Source: a bacterium (GTDB lineage Bacteria > Patescibacteriota > Minisyncoccia > Phycocordibacterales > SBAW01). Taken from it: 64,000 nucleotides of DNA. The notes below the pieces were generated by a model. The model made no database searches. It was not told the origin of the DNA and was given only the letters and a program-made list of their open reading frames with translations. Below, piece after piece: positions 29,199 to 38,177 of this stretch (positions are counted from its first letter, which is position 1; every line of letters starts with the position of its first letter). The translations under genes were made by a program, and so were the position numbers. Location: positions 24,373 through 88,372 of the forward strand of contig JBAXFJ010000002.1 of NCBI GenBank assembly GCA_037139975.1, written 5' to 3'.

Positions 29199-29239
29199 AG
29201 GCTTCAAAGGCCTCTGTCCTACCATTAGACGATATCCCA
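29166..29239 (-). tRNA. tRNA-Gln (anticodon UUG), 74 nt with encoded CCA
   Basis: Reverse complement TGGGATATCGTCTAATGGTAGGACAGAGGCCTTTGAAGCCTTTAATCGGGGTTCGAATCCCTGTATCCCAGCCA. U1:A72 acceptor pair typical of tRNA-Gln, 7-bp acceptor stem, D-loop GG, anticodon loop CUUUGAA, T-loop TTCGAAT. Confidence 0.85.
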
Positions 29240-29324
29240 AATTAAAAACACCAGAACAAAACGGCCCAATAACATATAGAGAATAGCAAATATATAGCCT
29301 TTTTGCTATGGTTGGTGGTGTTAT

Positions 29325-29801
29325 ATGAAGCTGGTGATTAAAAAAACAAAAACAGGCAAAGGGGTGTTCGCCGGTCAGCAGATCAAAAAAGGTGAGTCCA
29401 TTCGCGCCATGTCCGGCCAGAGGCTTTCGTGGGGCAAGGTCGAGCCGTTGGTGCTCTCGGGCGCACTTAATGTTGACGACCCCTTTCAGGTGGGCGAAAA
29501 CAGCTTTATGGTACTCGACCCCGAGCCACGCTACTTTAACCACTCGTGCGAACCAAACGCCGGGGTGGGTGAGGGGAGTGTCTTGGTTGCTTTGCAGGAT
29601 ATCACAAAAGGCGAAGAAATATTTTTTGATTATTCAACCACGGTGTGCACGCATTGTGAGTGGAAAATGTCGTGCGCGTGTGGCTCAGGGGCATGTCGCA
29701 AGGTGATACGAAACGCCGGCTCAGTCTCAAAAAAGGTTTTGAAAAAATATGTAATGCTTGGCGTCCTTCCACAATTTATTAAAAAAGAACTTTCTATTTA
29801 G
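29325..29801 (+). CDS. SET-domain protein (putative protein-lysine methyltransferase) with post-SET Cys cluster
   Basis: GKGVFAGQQIKKGESI (SET-N), RYFNHSCEPNAGV (NHSCxPN), GEEIFFDYS (ELxxDY), and the Cys cluster CTHCEWKMSCACGSGAC. Confidence 0.7.
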   Translation: MKLVIKKTKTGKGVFAGQQIKKGESIRAMSGQRLSWGKVEPLVLSGALNVDDPFQVGENSFMVLDPEPRYFNHSCEPNAGVGEGSVLVALQDITKGEEIFFDYSTTVCTHCEWKMSCACGSGACRKVIRNAGSVSKKVLKKYVMLGVLPQFIKKELSI

Positions 29802-29826
29802 TCAAAAATAGCGTACGGTGTAGTGT

Positions 29827-31278
29827 GTGGCAAAAGAAGAAACAATTTTACGATTTGAAGGTGTCTCGTTTGGCTTCGGGCACAACAAGCCTATTTTAAA
29901 AGAGGTCAATTTCAACGTGCGCCGCGGCGCCAAGTTTGCTCTGATGGGTCAAAACGGCGCAGGCAAGAGCACCCTTTTTGGGCTCATTGTGGGCGACACA
30001 CGACCAGAGTCTGGAACGGTTCACACGGCAAAGGGGTTGCGCATCGCCACGGCGCGCCAGGTGATCCCCCGCGAGCAGTTGAGCCTTTCGGTGCGCGAGT
30101 TTTTTGAAGCGTGTTTTAAAGAAAAAGTGTATGCAATTGACCCAAAGATAGAAAAAGTTTTAGAGGCAGTGCACCTGGTCGTTCCGTTTGAAAAAAAAGT
30201 CAAAGAGCTCTCGGGTGGTCAGCAAGCGCGCCTGCTTCTGGCGTCAGCTTTGATACAAGACGCTGACTTGCTCTTACTCGACGAGCCGACCAACAACCTC
30301 GACACGGCGGGCATCGAGCATTTGCGAACGTTCTTGATTGAATACAAAAAGACCGTTGTTGTGATTTCGCATGATGCGGAGTTTTTGAATGCGTTTACTC
30401 AAGGCGTGCTCTACCTCGATGTGCACACGCACCAGCTCGAGCAGTATGTGGGCAACTACTTTGACGTGGTGGCCGACATCACTGCGCGCATAGAAAAGGA
30501 AAATAGGAAAAACGCGCAGCTGGCGCGCGAGATCCAGGCCAATAAAGACAAGTCCAACTTTTTTGCCAACAAGGGCGGTCAGATGCGTCTGGTGGCGCGA
30601 CGTATGCGCGACAAAGCTGAAGAATTGGAAGAACAGATGGTTGACGTGCGCAAGGAAGACAAAACAATTCGCTCGTTCAGGATCCCAGCACAAGAAGAAT
30701 TGATAGGCGAAGTGCTTGGCATCACTTCCTATAGCGTGATGTACGACCACAAACCGGTGACGCGCAAAGCAAAGATCTCTTTGAATCGCGGCGGCCACCT
30801 GCTGCTCCAAGGCCCCAACGGTGTCGGTAAAAGCACGTTGCTCGAGTCGCTCGTCACCGGCGAAGCAAAGGGGAGCACGATCCAAGACGGCGTGCGTGTG
30901 GGATACTATCGCCAAGACTTCTCGACACTCGACTTTGACCAGACGGTGGGGGACGCGCTCTTGAGCGTGATGGCAAAGCCCGAAGAAGAAAAAATGCGAT
31001 CCACCGCTGCGGGGTTTTTGCTCACGGGCGAGCAGGTTCGCACCAAGATCGGCAGTCTCTCTGAAGGTCAAAAGGGATTGGTTGCGTTCGCGCAGCTGGT
31101 GTTGCTCAAACCAGGTCTTTTGATACTCGACGAGCCAACCAACCACATCAATTTTCGTCACATTCCTGCCATAGCCGAGGCACTCAGCGCGTTTGAAGGT
31201 GCGATGGTGCTCGTCAGCCACGTCGGCGAGTTTGTTGCCAAGATCCGCATCGACGAGATACTCGACTTACGTAAATAA
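29827..31278 (+). CDS. ABC-F family ATPase (tandem ABC domains, no TMD)
   Basis: Two Walker A sites (GQNGAGKST, GPNGVGKST), two signature/Walker B pairs (LSGGQQARL...LLLDEPTNNLD, LSEGQKGLV...LILDEPTNHIN), and a charged inter-domain linker. Confidence 0.8.
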   Translation: MAKEETILRFEGVSFGFGHNKPILKEVNFNVRRGAKFALMGQNGAGKSTLFGLIVGDTRPESGTVHTAKGLRIATARQVIPREQLSLSVREFFEACFKEKVYAIDPKIEKVLEAVHLVVPFEKKVKELSGGQQARLLLASALIQDADLLLLDEPTNNLDTAGIEHLRTFLIEYKKTVVVISHDAEFLNAFTQGVLYLDVHTHQLEQYVGNYFDVVADITARIEKENRKNAQLAREIQANKDKSNFFANKGGQMRLVARRMRDKAEELEEQMVDVRKEDKTIRSFRIPAQEELIGEVLGITSYSVMYDHKPVTRKAKISLNRGGHLLLQGPNGVGKSTLLESLVTGEAKGSTIQDGVRVGYYRQDFSTLDFDQTVGDALLSVMAKPEEEKMRSTAAGFLLTGEQVRTKIGSLSEGQKGLVAFAQLVLLKPGLLILDEPTNHINFRHIPAIAEALSAFEGAMVLVSHVGEFVAKIRIDEILDLRK

Positions 31279-31314
31279 AGTAAAAAGTAAATAGCCGAGT
31301 GAATGCTAGAAAAG

Positions 31315-31707
31315 CTACGCTTGTTTTAAAATCTCTTTAATTTTGTTTGAAACTTCACCGGGGGATGTTTCTACTTTTATGAGGTAATCCTTTGCGCCGA
31401 GTTCCTTGGCGTGCACCGCTTGTTCGGGCTCGATGTTGTTTGAAAACATGAGTACGGGGATCGTCGCGGTGCGAGCATTTTTTTTAAGTCTGCGGAGCAC
31501 TTCAAAACCATCAACATCGGGCATGGTTACGTCGAGCAAGATTATTTTGGGGAGCGGGTCTTTTGCAAGCATGGTCTCTGCGACAGCCCACGAAGGCGCA
31601 TAGAGGCAGGGGATTCCTTCTTTCTCGAGCCGATGCGAGATGACATCTGTAAAGACGCTATCGTCATCAATGTACAACACCACGTGCCCGTCTGGAAGGT
31701 TTTCCAT
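31315..31707 (-). CDS. stand-alone response-regulator receiver domain (CheY-like)
   Basis: VVLYIDDDSV...LLDVTMPDVDGFEV...PVLMFS...AKDYLIK: phospho-acceptor Asp in LLDVTMP plus a conserved Lys. Confidence 0.75.
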   Translation of the reverse strand: MENLPDGHVVLYIDDDSVFTDVISHRLEKEGIPCLYAPSWAVAETMLAKDPLPKIILLDVTMPDVDGFEVLRRLKKNARTATIPVLMFSNNIEPEQAVHAKELGAKDYLIKVETSPGEVSNKIKEILKQA

Positions 31708-31735
31708 ATACCGGGAAGTATGGCATAACTAGGGC

Positions 31736-32407
31736 ATGAAAGCGAATGAGTTTTCCACTGTTCCTGGTGTTGCGGTTTTGCTCGGCGACGCACGCTTTGC
31801 CCCGCTCGTCCAGAAGTATGGGGCCCCCGATCGAGAAAAGCGCAAAGACCCATTCCACTCGTTGGTGCGCTCTATTGTCTATCAACAAGTGTCGGGTAAG
31901 GCAGCGGCCAGTATTTTGGCAAAATATCTTTTGCTGTTTCCTGGTGCAACGAAAACAAAACCGCCTTCTCCTGAGGCTGTGGTCAAAACGCAGTTCGAAA
32001 CGCTGCGTTCGGCCGGGCTCTCCGGCCAAAAGGCTTCATATATATTGGACGCCGCACAAAAGTTTGCGGACGGGACAATCACCCCAAAAAAATTACTACA
32101 AATGACCAATGAAGAAGCAATACTCCACCTCACTCAGATCAAAGGTGTTGGTGTGTGGACGGCGCAGATGTTTTTGATGAGCACGCTTGGTCGGCCCGAT
32201 GTGTTGCCCACGGGCGACTTGGGGATTCAAAAAGGCTTCCAGATTGTCTATGGGCTCAAAAAGCTCCCTGATCACAAAAAGATGGAACAGCTGGCAAAAC
32301 CGTGGCGCGCGCACGCGAGCGCCGCGTGCCACTACCTCTGGCGCGTTGCCGACGAAGCAAAAGAAGTAAAAATATTGAAAAACCCCGCCGGGGTGGCGGG
32401 CAGGTAA
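31736..32407 (+). CDS. HhH-GPD DNA glycosylase (AlkA/3-methyladenine glycosylase II-like)
   Basis: Helix-hairpin-helix LTQIKGVGVWTAQMFLM followed by GRPDVLPTGDLGIQKG with the catalytic Asp. Confidence 0.7.
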   Translation: MKANEFSTVPGVAVLLGDARFAPLVQKYGAPDREKRKDPFHSLVRSIVYQQVSGKAAASILAKYLLLFPGATKTKPPSPEAVVKTQFETLRSAGLSGQKASYILDAAQKFADGTITPKKLLQMTNEEAILHLTQIKGVGVWTAQMFLMSTLGRPDVLPTGDLGIQKGFQIVYGLKKLPDHKKMEQLAKPWRAHASAACHYLWRVADEAKEVKILKNPAGVAGR

Positions 32408-32430
32408 GAGAGTGTGATATTCTAAAACCC

Positions 32431-32730
32431 ATGCATTTTGAAGTCCCGCACACACTTTCTCAAGAACACGCCGTCGCTCGCATCAAAGTGGGCCTGCTTC
32501 AGGCTGCGCCGCATCTGGCGCAAAACAAGGTGGTGATAGAAAAACAAACCTGGGAGGGGAATACGCTTAATTTTGCGGTAACTCTGCAAGGGAAAGAGGT
32601 TACCGGCACGGTGCAGGTGCTCGAAAAACAGTTCATTATCGACGCCAAACTTCCCCTCCTGTGGCGCATGTTTGAGGGCAAAATTGAAAAGATGATAGCC
32701 GAACAAGCCGCTGGGATGCTTGGGAAGTAG
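32431..32730 (+). CDS. small polyhydroxyalkanoate-system-like protein family member (TIGR02610-like), function unknown
   Basis: 99 aa: MHFEVPHTLSQEHAVARIKVGL...WEGNTLNFAV...GTVQVLEKQFIIDAKLPLLWRMFEGKIEKMIAEQ fits the pattern of that small conserved family. Start moved to the internal Met to remove overlap with the glycosylase gene. Confidence 0.4.
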   Translation: MHFEVPHTLSQEHAVARIKVGLLQAAPHLAQNKVVIEKQTWEGNTLNFAVTLQGKEVTGTVQVLEKQFIIDAKLPLLWRMFEGKIEKMIAEQAAGMLGK

Positions 32731-32878
32731 TATTTGCGGTTTTCTAAATTCTCTGGTATTCTAAAAATCTCTTTCGGGAGCATGCCCGATTTTTGTGTTC
32801 TATAGACTGCTTTGCAGTATATAATTGTCGTTCGTTCGGAATCAAAAACAAGTTTTTGTTCGCTCACTTCACTAAATT

Positions 32879-34684
32879 ATGGAAATACGAAATATTGCAA
32901 TCATCGCCCACGTGGACCACGGCAAGACAACCTTGACCGACGCGTTGATGCGCCAGACGGGTGCTGCTGAAGAGGGTACCTCGATGGACTCCAACGACCT
33001 CGAGCGTGAACGTGGAATTACTATTTATTCCAAGCCTGCCGCTATTTTTTATAAAGATACCAAAATCAACATTGTTGACACACCAGGCCACGCCGACTTC
33101 GGCTCTGAAGTGGAGCGTGTGCTGCGTTCGATCGACTCTGTTTTGCTTATTGTTGACGCTCAAGAGGGCCCGATGCCGCAGACGCGTTTTGTCTTGAAGA
33201 AGTCGCTCGAGCTGGGCCTGAAGCCGATTGTTGTAATTAATAAAATCGACAAACCTGCCGCCGACCCGCACCGCTGTGAAGAACAAGTGCTCGAACTTTT
33301 CTTGGAGCTTGGTGCAAATGATGAGCAGTCTGACTTTCCTGTCGTCTACGCGATTGGTCGCGAAGGAATTGCAAAGAAAAAACTCACTGATGAATCAAAA
33401 GACCTGATGCCGCTGCTCGACACGGTGCTCGAGCATGTGCAACCTGCTTCTTCACCCGAGAAAGAAGCAATGCCACTGCGCCTGCAGCCATTTAACCTCG
33501 GCTACGACAATTTCCTTGGTCGTTTGGCAGTTGCGCGTGTCTATGAAGGCTCAATCAAGACGGGTCAAGCGGTAATCATTAAAAAACCAACCGGCGAGTC
33601 ACGCTCCGGCAAGGTCATCAAAATGTTTACCTTTAAAGGTCAACAAAAAATCGAAGCAACTGAAGTAAAAGCAGGGGATATTGCATTGATTGCGGGCCTT
33701 ACCGACATTTTTATTGGTGAAACCGTCACCGACAATGCTGCTGCCGAGCCGCTACCAGCCATCGCCGTCGACGAGCCAACCATCACCCTCAACTTTTTGG
33801 TTAATAATTCACCGTTTGCGGGCCGTGAAGGCAAGTTCGTGACTACACGCCAGATCCGTGAGCGCCTTGAACGCGAGCTTGAGGTCAACGTGGGACTCCG
33901 CATCGACTTTGCCAACGATGGCGGTGCGCCAGGTGGTGGCGATTCGTTCAAGGTTTCGGGCCGCGGTGAGCTCCACATCGCTATTTTGCTTGAAAACATG
34001 CGCCGCGAGGGCTACGAGATGCAAGTGTCGCAACCACAGGTAATCTTCCATGAAGAAGATGGCAAAAAGCTCGAACCATTTGAAGAAGTCACCATCGACA
34101 CGCCGGTTGTTTACCAAGGCGCCATCATCGAGAGACTCGGCACGCGCAAGTTTGTGATCAAAGACCTCCAGCAGCACGACGCGACTGCGCGCTTGGTGTT
34201 TGAAGGCCCAACACGCGGACTTTTGGGCTACCGTTCGCAGTTTGTGCTCGACACCAAGGGCGAAGGTATTCTCGCATCTCGCTTTCTCGAATTTCGTCCG
34301 TACGCAGGCGAAATAATCAAGCGCGCAGTTGGCTCGATGATCTCGATGGTTTCTGGCAAGGCGCTTGGTTTCTCGCTCTACAACCTCCAAGACCGTGGCA
34401 TGCTCTACATTGGCGCAGCAATTGAGGTGTATGAAGGCATGGTTATTGGTAATACCAGCAAAGGCGAAGAGATGAACGTGAACCCAACCAAAGGGAAACA
34501 ACTCACTAACATGCGCTCGTCGGGCACTGATGAGGCAATTTCGCTCATTCCTCCATACGAAATAACCATTGAACGTGGGCTCGAAGTGATGACCGAAGAC
34601 GAATACCTCGAGATCACTCCGCTTTCTGTCCGTCTGCGCAAGCAAAACCTCACCGAGCAGGGCCGCACGAAAGCAAAACGTTAA
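32879..34684 (+). CDS. typA: translational GTPase TypA/BipA
   Basis: [25 protein letters not shown] and NKID define the GTPase. 601 aa with a BipA-type C-terminal domain. Confidence 0.9.
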   Translation: MEIRNIAIIAHVDHGKTTLTDALMRQTGAAEEGTSMDSNDLERERGITIYSKPAAIFYKDTKINIVDTPGHADFGSEVERVLRSIDSVLLIVDAQEGPMPQTRFVLKKSLELGLKPIVVINKIDKPAADPHRCEEQVLELFLELGANDEQSDFPVVYAIGREGIAKKKLTDESKDLMPLLDTVLEHVQPASSPEKEAMPLRLQPFNLGYDNFLGRLAVARVYEGSIKTGQAVIIKKPTGESRSGKVIKMFTFKGQQKIEATEVKAGDIALIAGLTDIFIGETVTDNAAAEPLPAIAVDEPTITLNFLVNNSPFAGREGKFVTTRQIRERLERELEVNVGLRIDFANDGGAPGGGDSFKVSGRGELHIAILLENMRREGYEMQVSQPQVIFHEEDGKKLEPFEEVTIDTPVVYQGAIIERLGTRKFVIKDLQQHDATARLVFEGPTRGLLGYRSQFVLDTKGEGILASRFLEFRPYAGEIIKRAVGSMISMVSGKALGFSLYNLQDRGMLYIGAAIEVYEGMVIGNTSKGEEMNVNPTKGKQLTNMRSSGTDEAISLIPPYEITIERGLEVMTEDEYLEITPLSVRLRKQNLTEQGRTKAKR

Positions 34685-34699
34685 AGCGTTTGATATACT

Positions 34700-35752
34700 G
34701 TGTTTGTGAAAACAAAAACAATACCAAACACTGACATCTCTGTGAGCGAACTGTGCCTCGGCACAATGAATTTTGGTCAGATGTGCGACGAGGCCGAAGC
34801 GCATGCTCAGCTCGACTACGCCACAAGCCATGGCATAAACTTTATCGACACGGCTGAAATGTATCCCGTTCCGCCTGATAAAACAAAGCAGGGTACCACC
34901 GAGCGTTTTGTGGGGAACTGGCTCGCAAAGACTGGCAAACGTAAGGAAATTGTCCTTGCAAGCAAGATTTCTAGTGCACACCAGATTGGTTCGATGGGCA
35001 CCCGCGCCGCATCGGGCCTTACTCGAGAAAATGTTCGTGCAGCAATAGATGGTTCGCTTAGTCGCCTACAAACAGACTATCTCGACTTATATCAGCTCCA
35101 CTCACCCGACAGAAAGGCCAACTTTTGGGGCCCGCGCGGCGTCGCCACCATTGACCCAAGCACCGACGGCGCTTCCATTGAAGAAACGCTGAGCGCGCTC
35201 ACCGAGCTGGTCAAAGAGGGGAAGGTTCGCGCTATTGGCCTTTCAAACGAGACTCCATGGGGAGTTTCTGAATATGTGCGCCTGTCGCGCGAAAAGGGAT
35301 TGACTCGCATTTCAACAATCCAAAATCAATATTCGCTCATAAACCGCACCTTTGAGGTTGGTCTCTCTGAAATGTGCTTGCGCGAGAATGTTGGTTTGCT
35401 CGCGTACTCGCCGCTCTCAAAAGGGGTGTTGAGTGGTAAATACTTGGACGGAGCGTTGCCTCCTGACTCTCGGTTTGCATATTCTCTGCGCGATTTTGAC
35501 CGCTACAATCCAAAGCACGCACAGGTTGCGATCCAGAAGTACAAAGAAATTGCAGAAAAGCACAACCTCAGCCTTTCTGTTTTGTCGCTTGCGTTTGCTC
35601 TGGAGCGCTCGTTCATGACCAGTGTGATATTGGGTGCGCGCACTGGCGCCCAGCTTATTGAAGACATGAGTGCGAGTGAGCACCCGCTGAGTCCTGAAAT
35701 TTTGGCAGAAATAGAGTCGCTCTATCAAGAATATCCCGACCCTACTGCATAG
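34700..35752 (+). CDS. aldo/keto reductase (Tas-like)
   Basis: LCLGTMNFGQ...INFIDTAEMYP...LDLYQLHSPD...GLSNE are AKR signature regions. Confidence 0.8.
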   Translation: MFVKTKTIPNTDISVSELCLGTMNFGQMCDEAEAHAQLDYATSHGINFIDTAEMYPVPPDKTKQGTTERFVGNWLAKTGKRKEIVLASKISSAHQIGSMGTRAASGLTRENVRAAIDGSLSRLQTDYLDLYQLHSPDRKANFWGPRGVATIDPSTDGASIEETLSALTELVKEGKVRAIGLSNETPWGVSEYVRLSREKGLTRISTIQNQYSLINRTFEVGLSEMCLRENVGLLAYSPLSKGVLSGKYLDGALPPDSRFAYSLRDFDRYNPKHAQVAIQKYKEIAEKHNLSLSVLSLAFALERSFMTSVILGARTGAQLIEDMSASEHPLSPEILAEIESLYQEYPDPTA

Positions 35753-35807
35753 TTGGGGAGCAGGAGGGGATAGGGCAAAGAAAAGAAAGTATAAAATACA
35801 AATAAAT

Positions 35808-35837
35808 CGAGGCGGCAACAGAAATGTTGCCGCCTCG
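35808..35837. terminator. long-stem bidirectional terminator between the AKR (+) and RTX-like (-) genes
   Basis: CGAGGCGGCAACA-GAAA-TGTTGCCGCCTCG: 13-bp stem with an A/T-rich 5' flank, giving a T-run on the minus strand. Confidence 0.6.
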
Positions 35838-35903
35838 TAGTCGTATGCACAAAAGATCAATTCAGGCCGACATTGGCCTGTTTTTTGAGCCGAGCTGTTA
35901 TGC

Positions 35904-37223
35904 TCAGCCTTTGCTGCCGCCGAAAGACGGGGACGGCATCGAAACGACTCTTGCGGCATCGATGCCGGTCACGATACCGGCCATCATCGCTCCTGCGAAT
36001 CCGCCAGCATGACTGATCGCGTCGCCGACGCCGCTGATTTGGACTTCCATCGGCTTGCCGCTGGAGGTCCAATCGAGTGTGAGTGTACCCCACGACACAT
36101 TGACACCGAGGTCGGTCTTGGGATCAAGATGGATCCCCGACAGGTCGAGCTTGTCCCCCTGCTTCACGTTGAAGTCGGTGACGTAGTTGAAGTCGCCGTT
36201 GGACGCCTTGTTCGACAAGAAGAAGGTGTCGGCCCCGGCGCCGCCCGTGAGGGTGTTGCCGTTGACCTCGAGTCGGTCGTTGCCGGCCCCGCCATCGAGG
36301 AAGCTCATCTTGCCGCCATAGAGAATGTCGTTGCCGGCACCTCCTTTTGCAGTGCCACCGACGCCGACGGTCCCGGTGTCGTTGCCGGCACCGAGCAAAA
36401 TCCGGCTGAGATCCCCTGCGGAGACCCAGTCGTTGCCCGCACCGGAGTCGACGTAACTGGCTGCGCCGGTGTTCGGGTCGCCATTGCCGCCAAGTACGAT
36501 GTAGTCTCCGTATTGGCTGCCCCAAACTGTGGCGATGCCCTTGGTTTCGATTGTGCCACCGACTCCGGTCATGGTGACATAGCCGGTGCCATTGCCGCCG
36601 GTCACGACATTGTCGAGACCGGCGATGGTCAGGCTGTAGGAGCCGTCGCCGAAGGTCAGGTCATTGGCGAAACCGTTGATGGTGCCATTGACTTGGCCAT
36701 CGCCGGCTGTGACGTTGTTGGCGAAGCCATCGATGTCGAATGTGTTGTTGCCATCTCCGACTTTGACATGGTAGCCGAAGCTGTTTGAGTTGGTGGTGAT
36801 GGAATTGTTCCCATCGCCGACGGTGATTTTGCCGAAGGTTCCTCCAAGCCAAAGGTTTCCGTCGCCATCGCCGATCCGGGCGGTGGTGAAGATCCCGTTG
36901 TCGTTTACCGAGTCAGTGCCGTCACCGATCTTGATGGTTGAATAGACTGCACCCGTGTTGACAGAGGTATTGTCGTTGCCGTCACCAGCGGTCCACGAGT
37001 TGTGAACGCCGGAGTCGCTCAGGCTGGCGTTGCCGTCACCGGTGATGCCGGTGATGCTCCGCCCGCTGAAGTCGAAATACGTCGATGCGAAACCACTGAC
37101 TTCGATGGAGTTATTCGCTCCCGAGACTTGGAGGAAAGCAAAGGTATCGTCCCATGGATTCCCATGGATTCCCATGAAGCCGAATTTGTACTTTCCGCCA
37201 GACGTGGTGATGTTCTGGTACAT
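35904..37223 (-). CDS. RTX-like Gly/Asp-rich calcium-binding repeat protein (probable T1SS-type secreted protein)
   Basis: 439 aa with no N-terminal signal peptide. Many GDG / GGxGxD nonapeptide-like repeats (GGAGNDILYGG, GGAGNDRLEVNG, GGAGADTFF) and a C-terminal DFNVKQGDKLDLSGI motif resembling T1SS substrates. Confidence 0.6.
   Translation of the reverse strand: MYQNITTSGGKYKFGFMGIHGNPWDDTFAFLQVSGANNSIEVSGFASTYFDFSGRSITGITGDGNASLSDSGVHNSWTAGDGNDNTSVNTGAVYSTIKIGDGTDSVNDNGIFTTARIGDGDGNLWLGGTFGKITVGDGNNSITTNSNSFGYHVKVGDGNNTFDIDGFANNVTAGDGQVNGTINGFANDLTFGDGSYSLTIAGLDNVVTGGNGTGYVTMTGVGGTIETKGIATVWGSQYGDYIVLGGNGDPNTGAASYVDSGAGNDWVSAGDLSRILLGAGNDTGTVGVGGTAKGGAGNDILYGGKMSFLDGGAGNDRLEVNGNTLTGGAGADTFFLSNKASNGDFNYVTDFNVKQGDKLDLSGIHLDPKTDLGVNVSWGTLTLDWTSSGKPMEVQISGVGDAISHAGGFAGAMMAGIVTGIDAARVVSMPSPSFGGSKG
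37150..37176. repeat. 10-bp tandem repeat (tcccatggat x ~2.7) inside the 5' end of the RTX-like gene
   Basis: Direct observation. It encodes MGIHGNPWD. The unit length is not a multiple of 3. Confidence 0.7.
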
Positions 37224-37378
37224 CTGTAGTTCCTTTATTCTATTCTGTTGTCAGGTCTGCTCGAGACATTTCGGGCAGATGGCATGGGCCTTTGCAAATT
37301 TAGCATAATACTATGCAAATGTCAAGTCTCATGTTGGTATGTGCCTGAGTGCTCTAGCGCTGTGTTTTTATGGTCTTT

Positions 37379-38143
37379 TTACTCAAAAAACTTGGCGCGG
37401 ATTTTTTGGACGAGCGTATGGAAGGCCAGGCCTTGTTCACGCCGTGGGTAGGGCAGCGGGATGGTAAAAATCCCTTCAACAGCGCCATGTTTCATCAAAA
37501 CTATTCGGTCAGCCAAAGAAACTGCCTCTTCTATCGAGTGTGAGACCATGAGCACGGTGAGCCGCTCTTCTTTCCATACACGCAAGACGTCATCGTGCAG
37601 GTCGTGGGTCGTCTTTGGGTCAAGTGCCGAAAAAGGCTCGTCGAGCAAGAGGAGTGATGGCTTGGCCGCGAGTGCTCGGGCGATACCCACGCGCTGCCGC
37701 TGCCCACCCGAGAGTTCGTGTGGATATTTGTCGGCAAACGCCGAGAGGCCGACTGATGCGAGATACTTTTTGGGTGTTGGTTTGCCGGTGCCTGCACCCA
37801 CAGCAACTAACGCGGCGTCTTTTGAGTGGAAGCCAAGCAGCATATTTTCTTCAGCGGTGCGCCACGGCAACAGGGCGCCGTTTTGAAAGACCATGCTTAT
37901 CTTTTTACCTCGCAATGACGTTGCGTCTGTAACCGCCGCAGTGTGCAGGCCGGGGGGCGGCGAAAAGTGCACCGTGCCCGCGTCTGCTTCGGCGAGTCCC
38001 GCGACTATTCTAAGTAGAGTTGATTTACCACAGCCCGAGGGGCCGATGATGCAAACAAACTCGCCATCCTCAACTTTGATTGAAAGGTTGCGCAGCACCT
38101 GGGCGTTGCCAAAGATTTTAGTGATATTTTCAAGAATGAGCAT
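37379..38143 (-). CDS. ABC transporter ATP-binding protein (NitT/TauT/SsuB-like)
   Basis: GPSGCGKST, LSGGQRQRVGIARAL and LLLLDEPFSALD. Confidence 0.8.
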   Translation of the reverse strand: MLILENITKIFGNAQVLRNLSIKVEDGEFVCIIGPSGCGKSTLLRIVAGLAEADAGTVHFSPPPGLHTAAVTDATSLRGKKISMVFQNGALLPWRTAEENMLLGFHSKDAALVAVGAGTGKPTPKKYLASVGLSAFADKYPHELSGGQRQRVGIARALAAKPSLLLLDEPFSALDPKTTHDLHDDVLRVWKEERLTVLMVSHSIEEAVSLADRIVLMKHGAVEGIFTIPLPYPRREQGLAFHTLVQKIRAKFFE

Positions 38144-38177
38144 ATGTTATTCAAATTTACTTTTTGTTTTTTCAAAT

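Noticed and set aside
19600-29200. CRISPR array as an explanation for the repeated sequences
   Set aside because: The repeats are 130-270 bp, present two to three times each, partly inverted, and are recombinase gene ends. There is no short regular repeat-spacer array and no cas genes.
30274-31221. 315-aa minus-strand ORF opposite the ABC-F gene
   Set aside because: The ABC-F reading frame has both Walker/signature motif sets, and the antisense frame has none.
33809-34981. 390-aa minus-strand ORF opposite typA and the AKR gene
   Set aside because: It spans two well-supported plus-strand genes. This is a spurious long ORF in GC-rich sequence.
36009-36788. 259-aa plus-strand ORF opposite the RTX-like gene
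   Set aside because: Antisense of a Gly/Asp-repeat gene. GC-rich repeats give long open frames by chance, with no motif and no start context.
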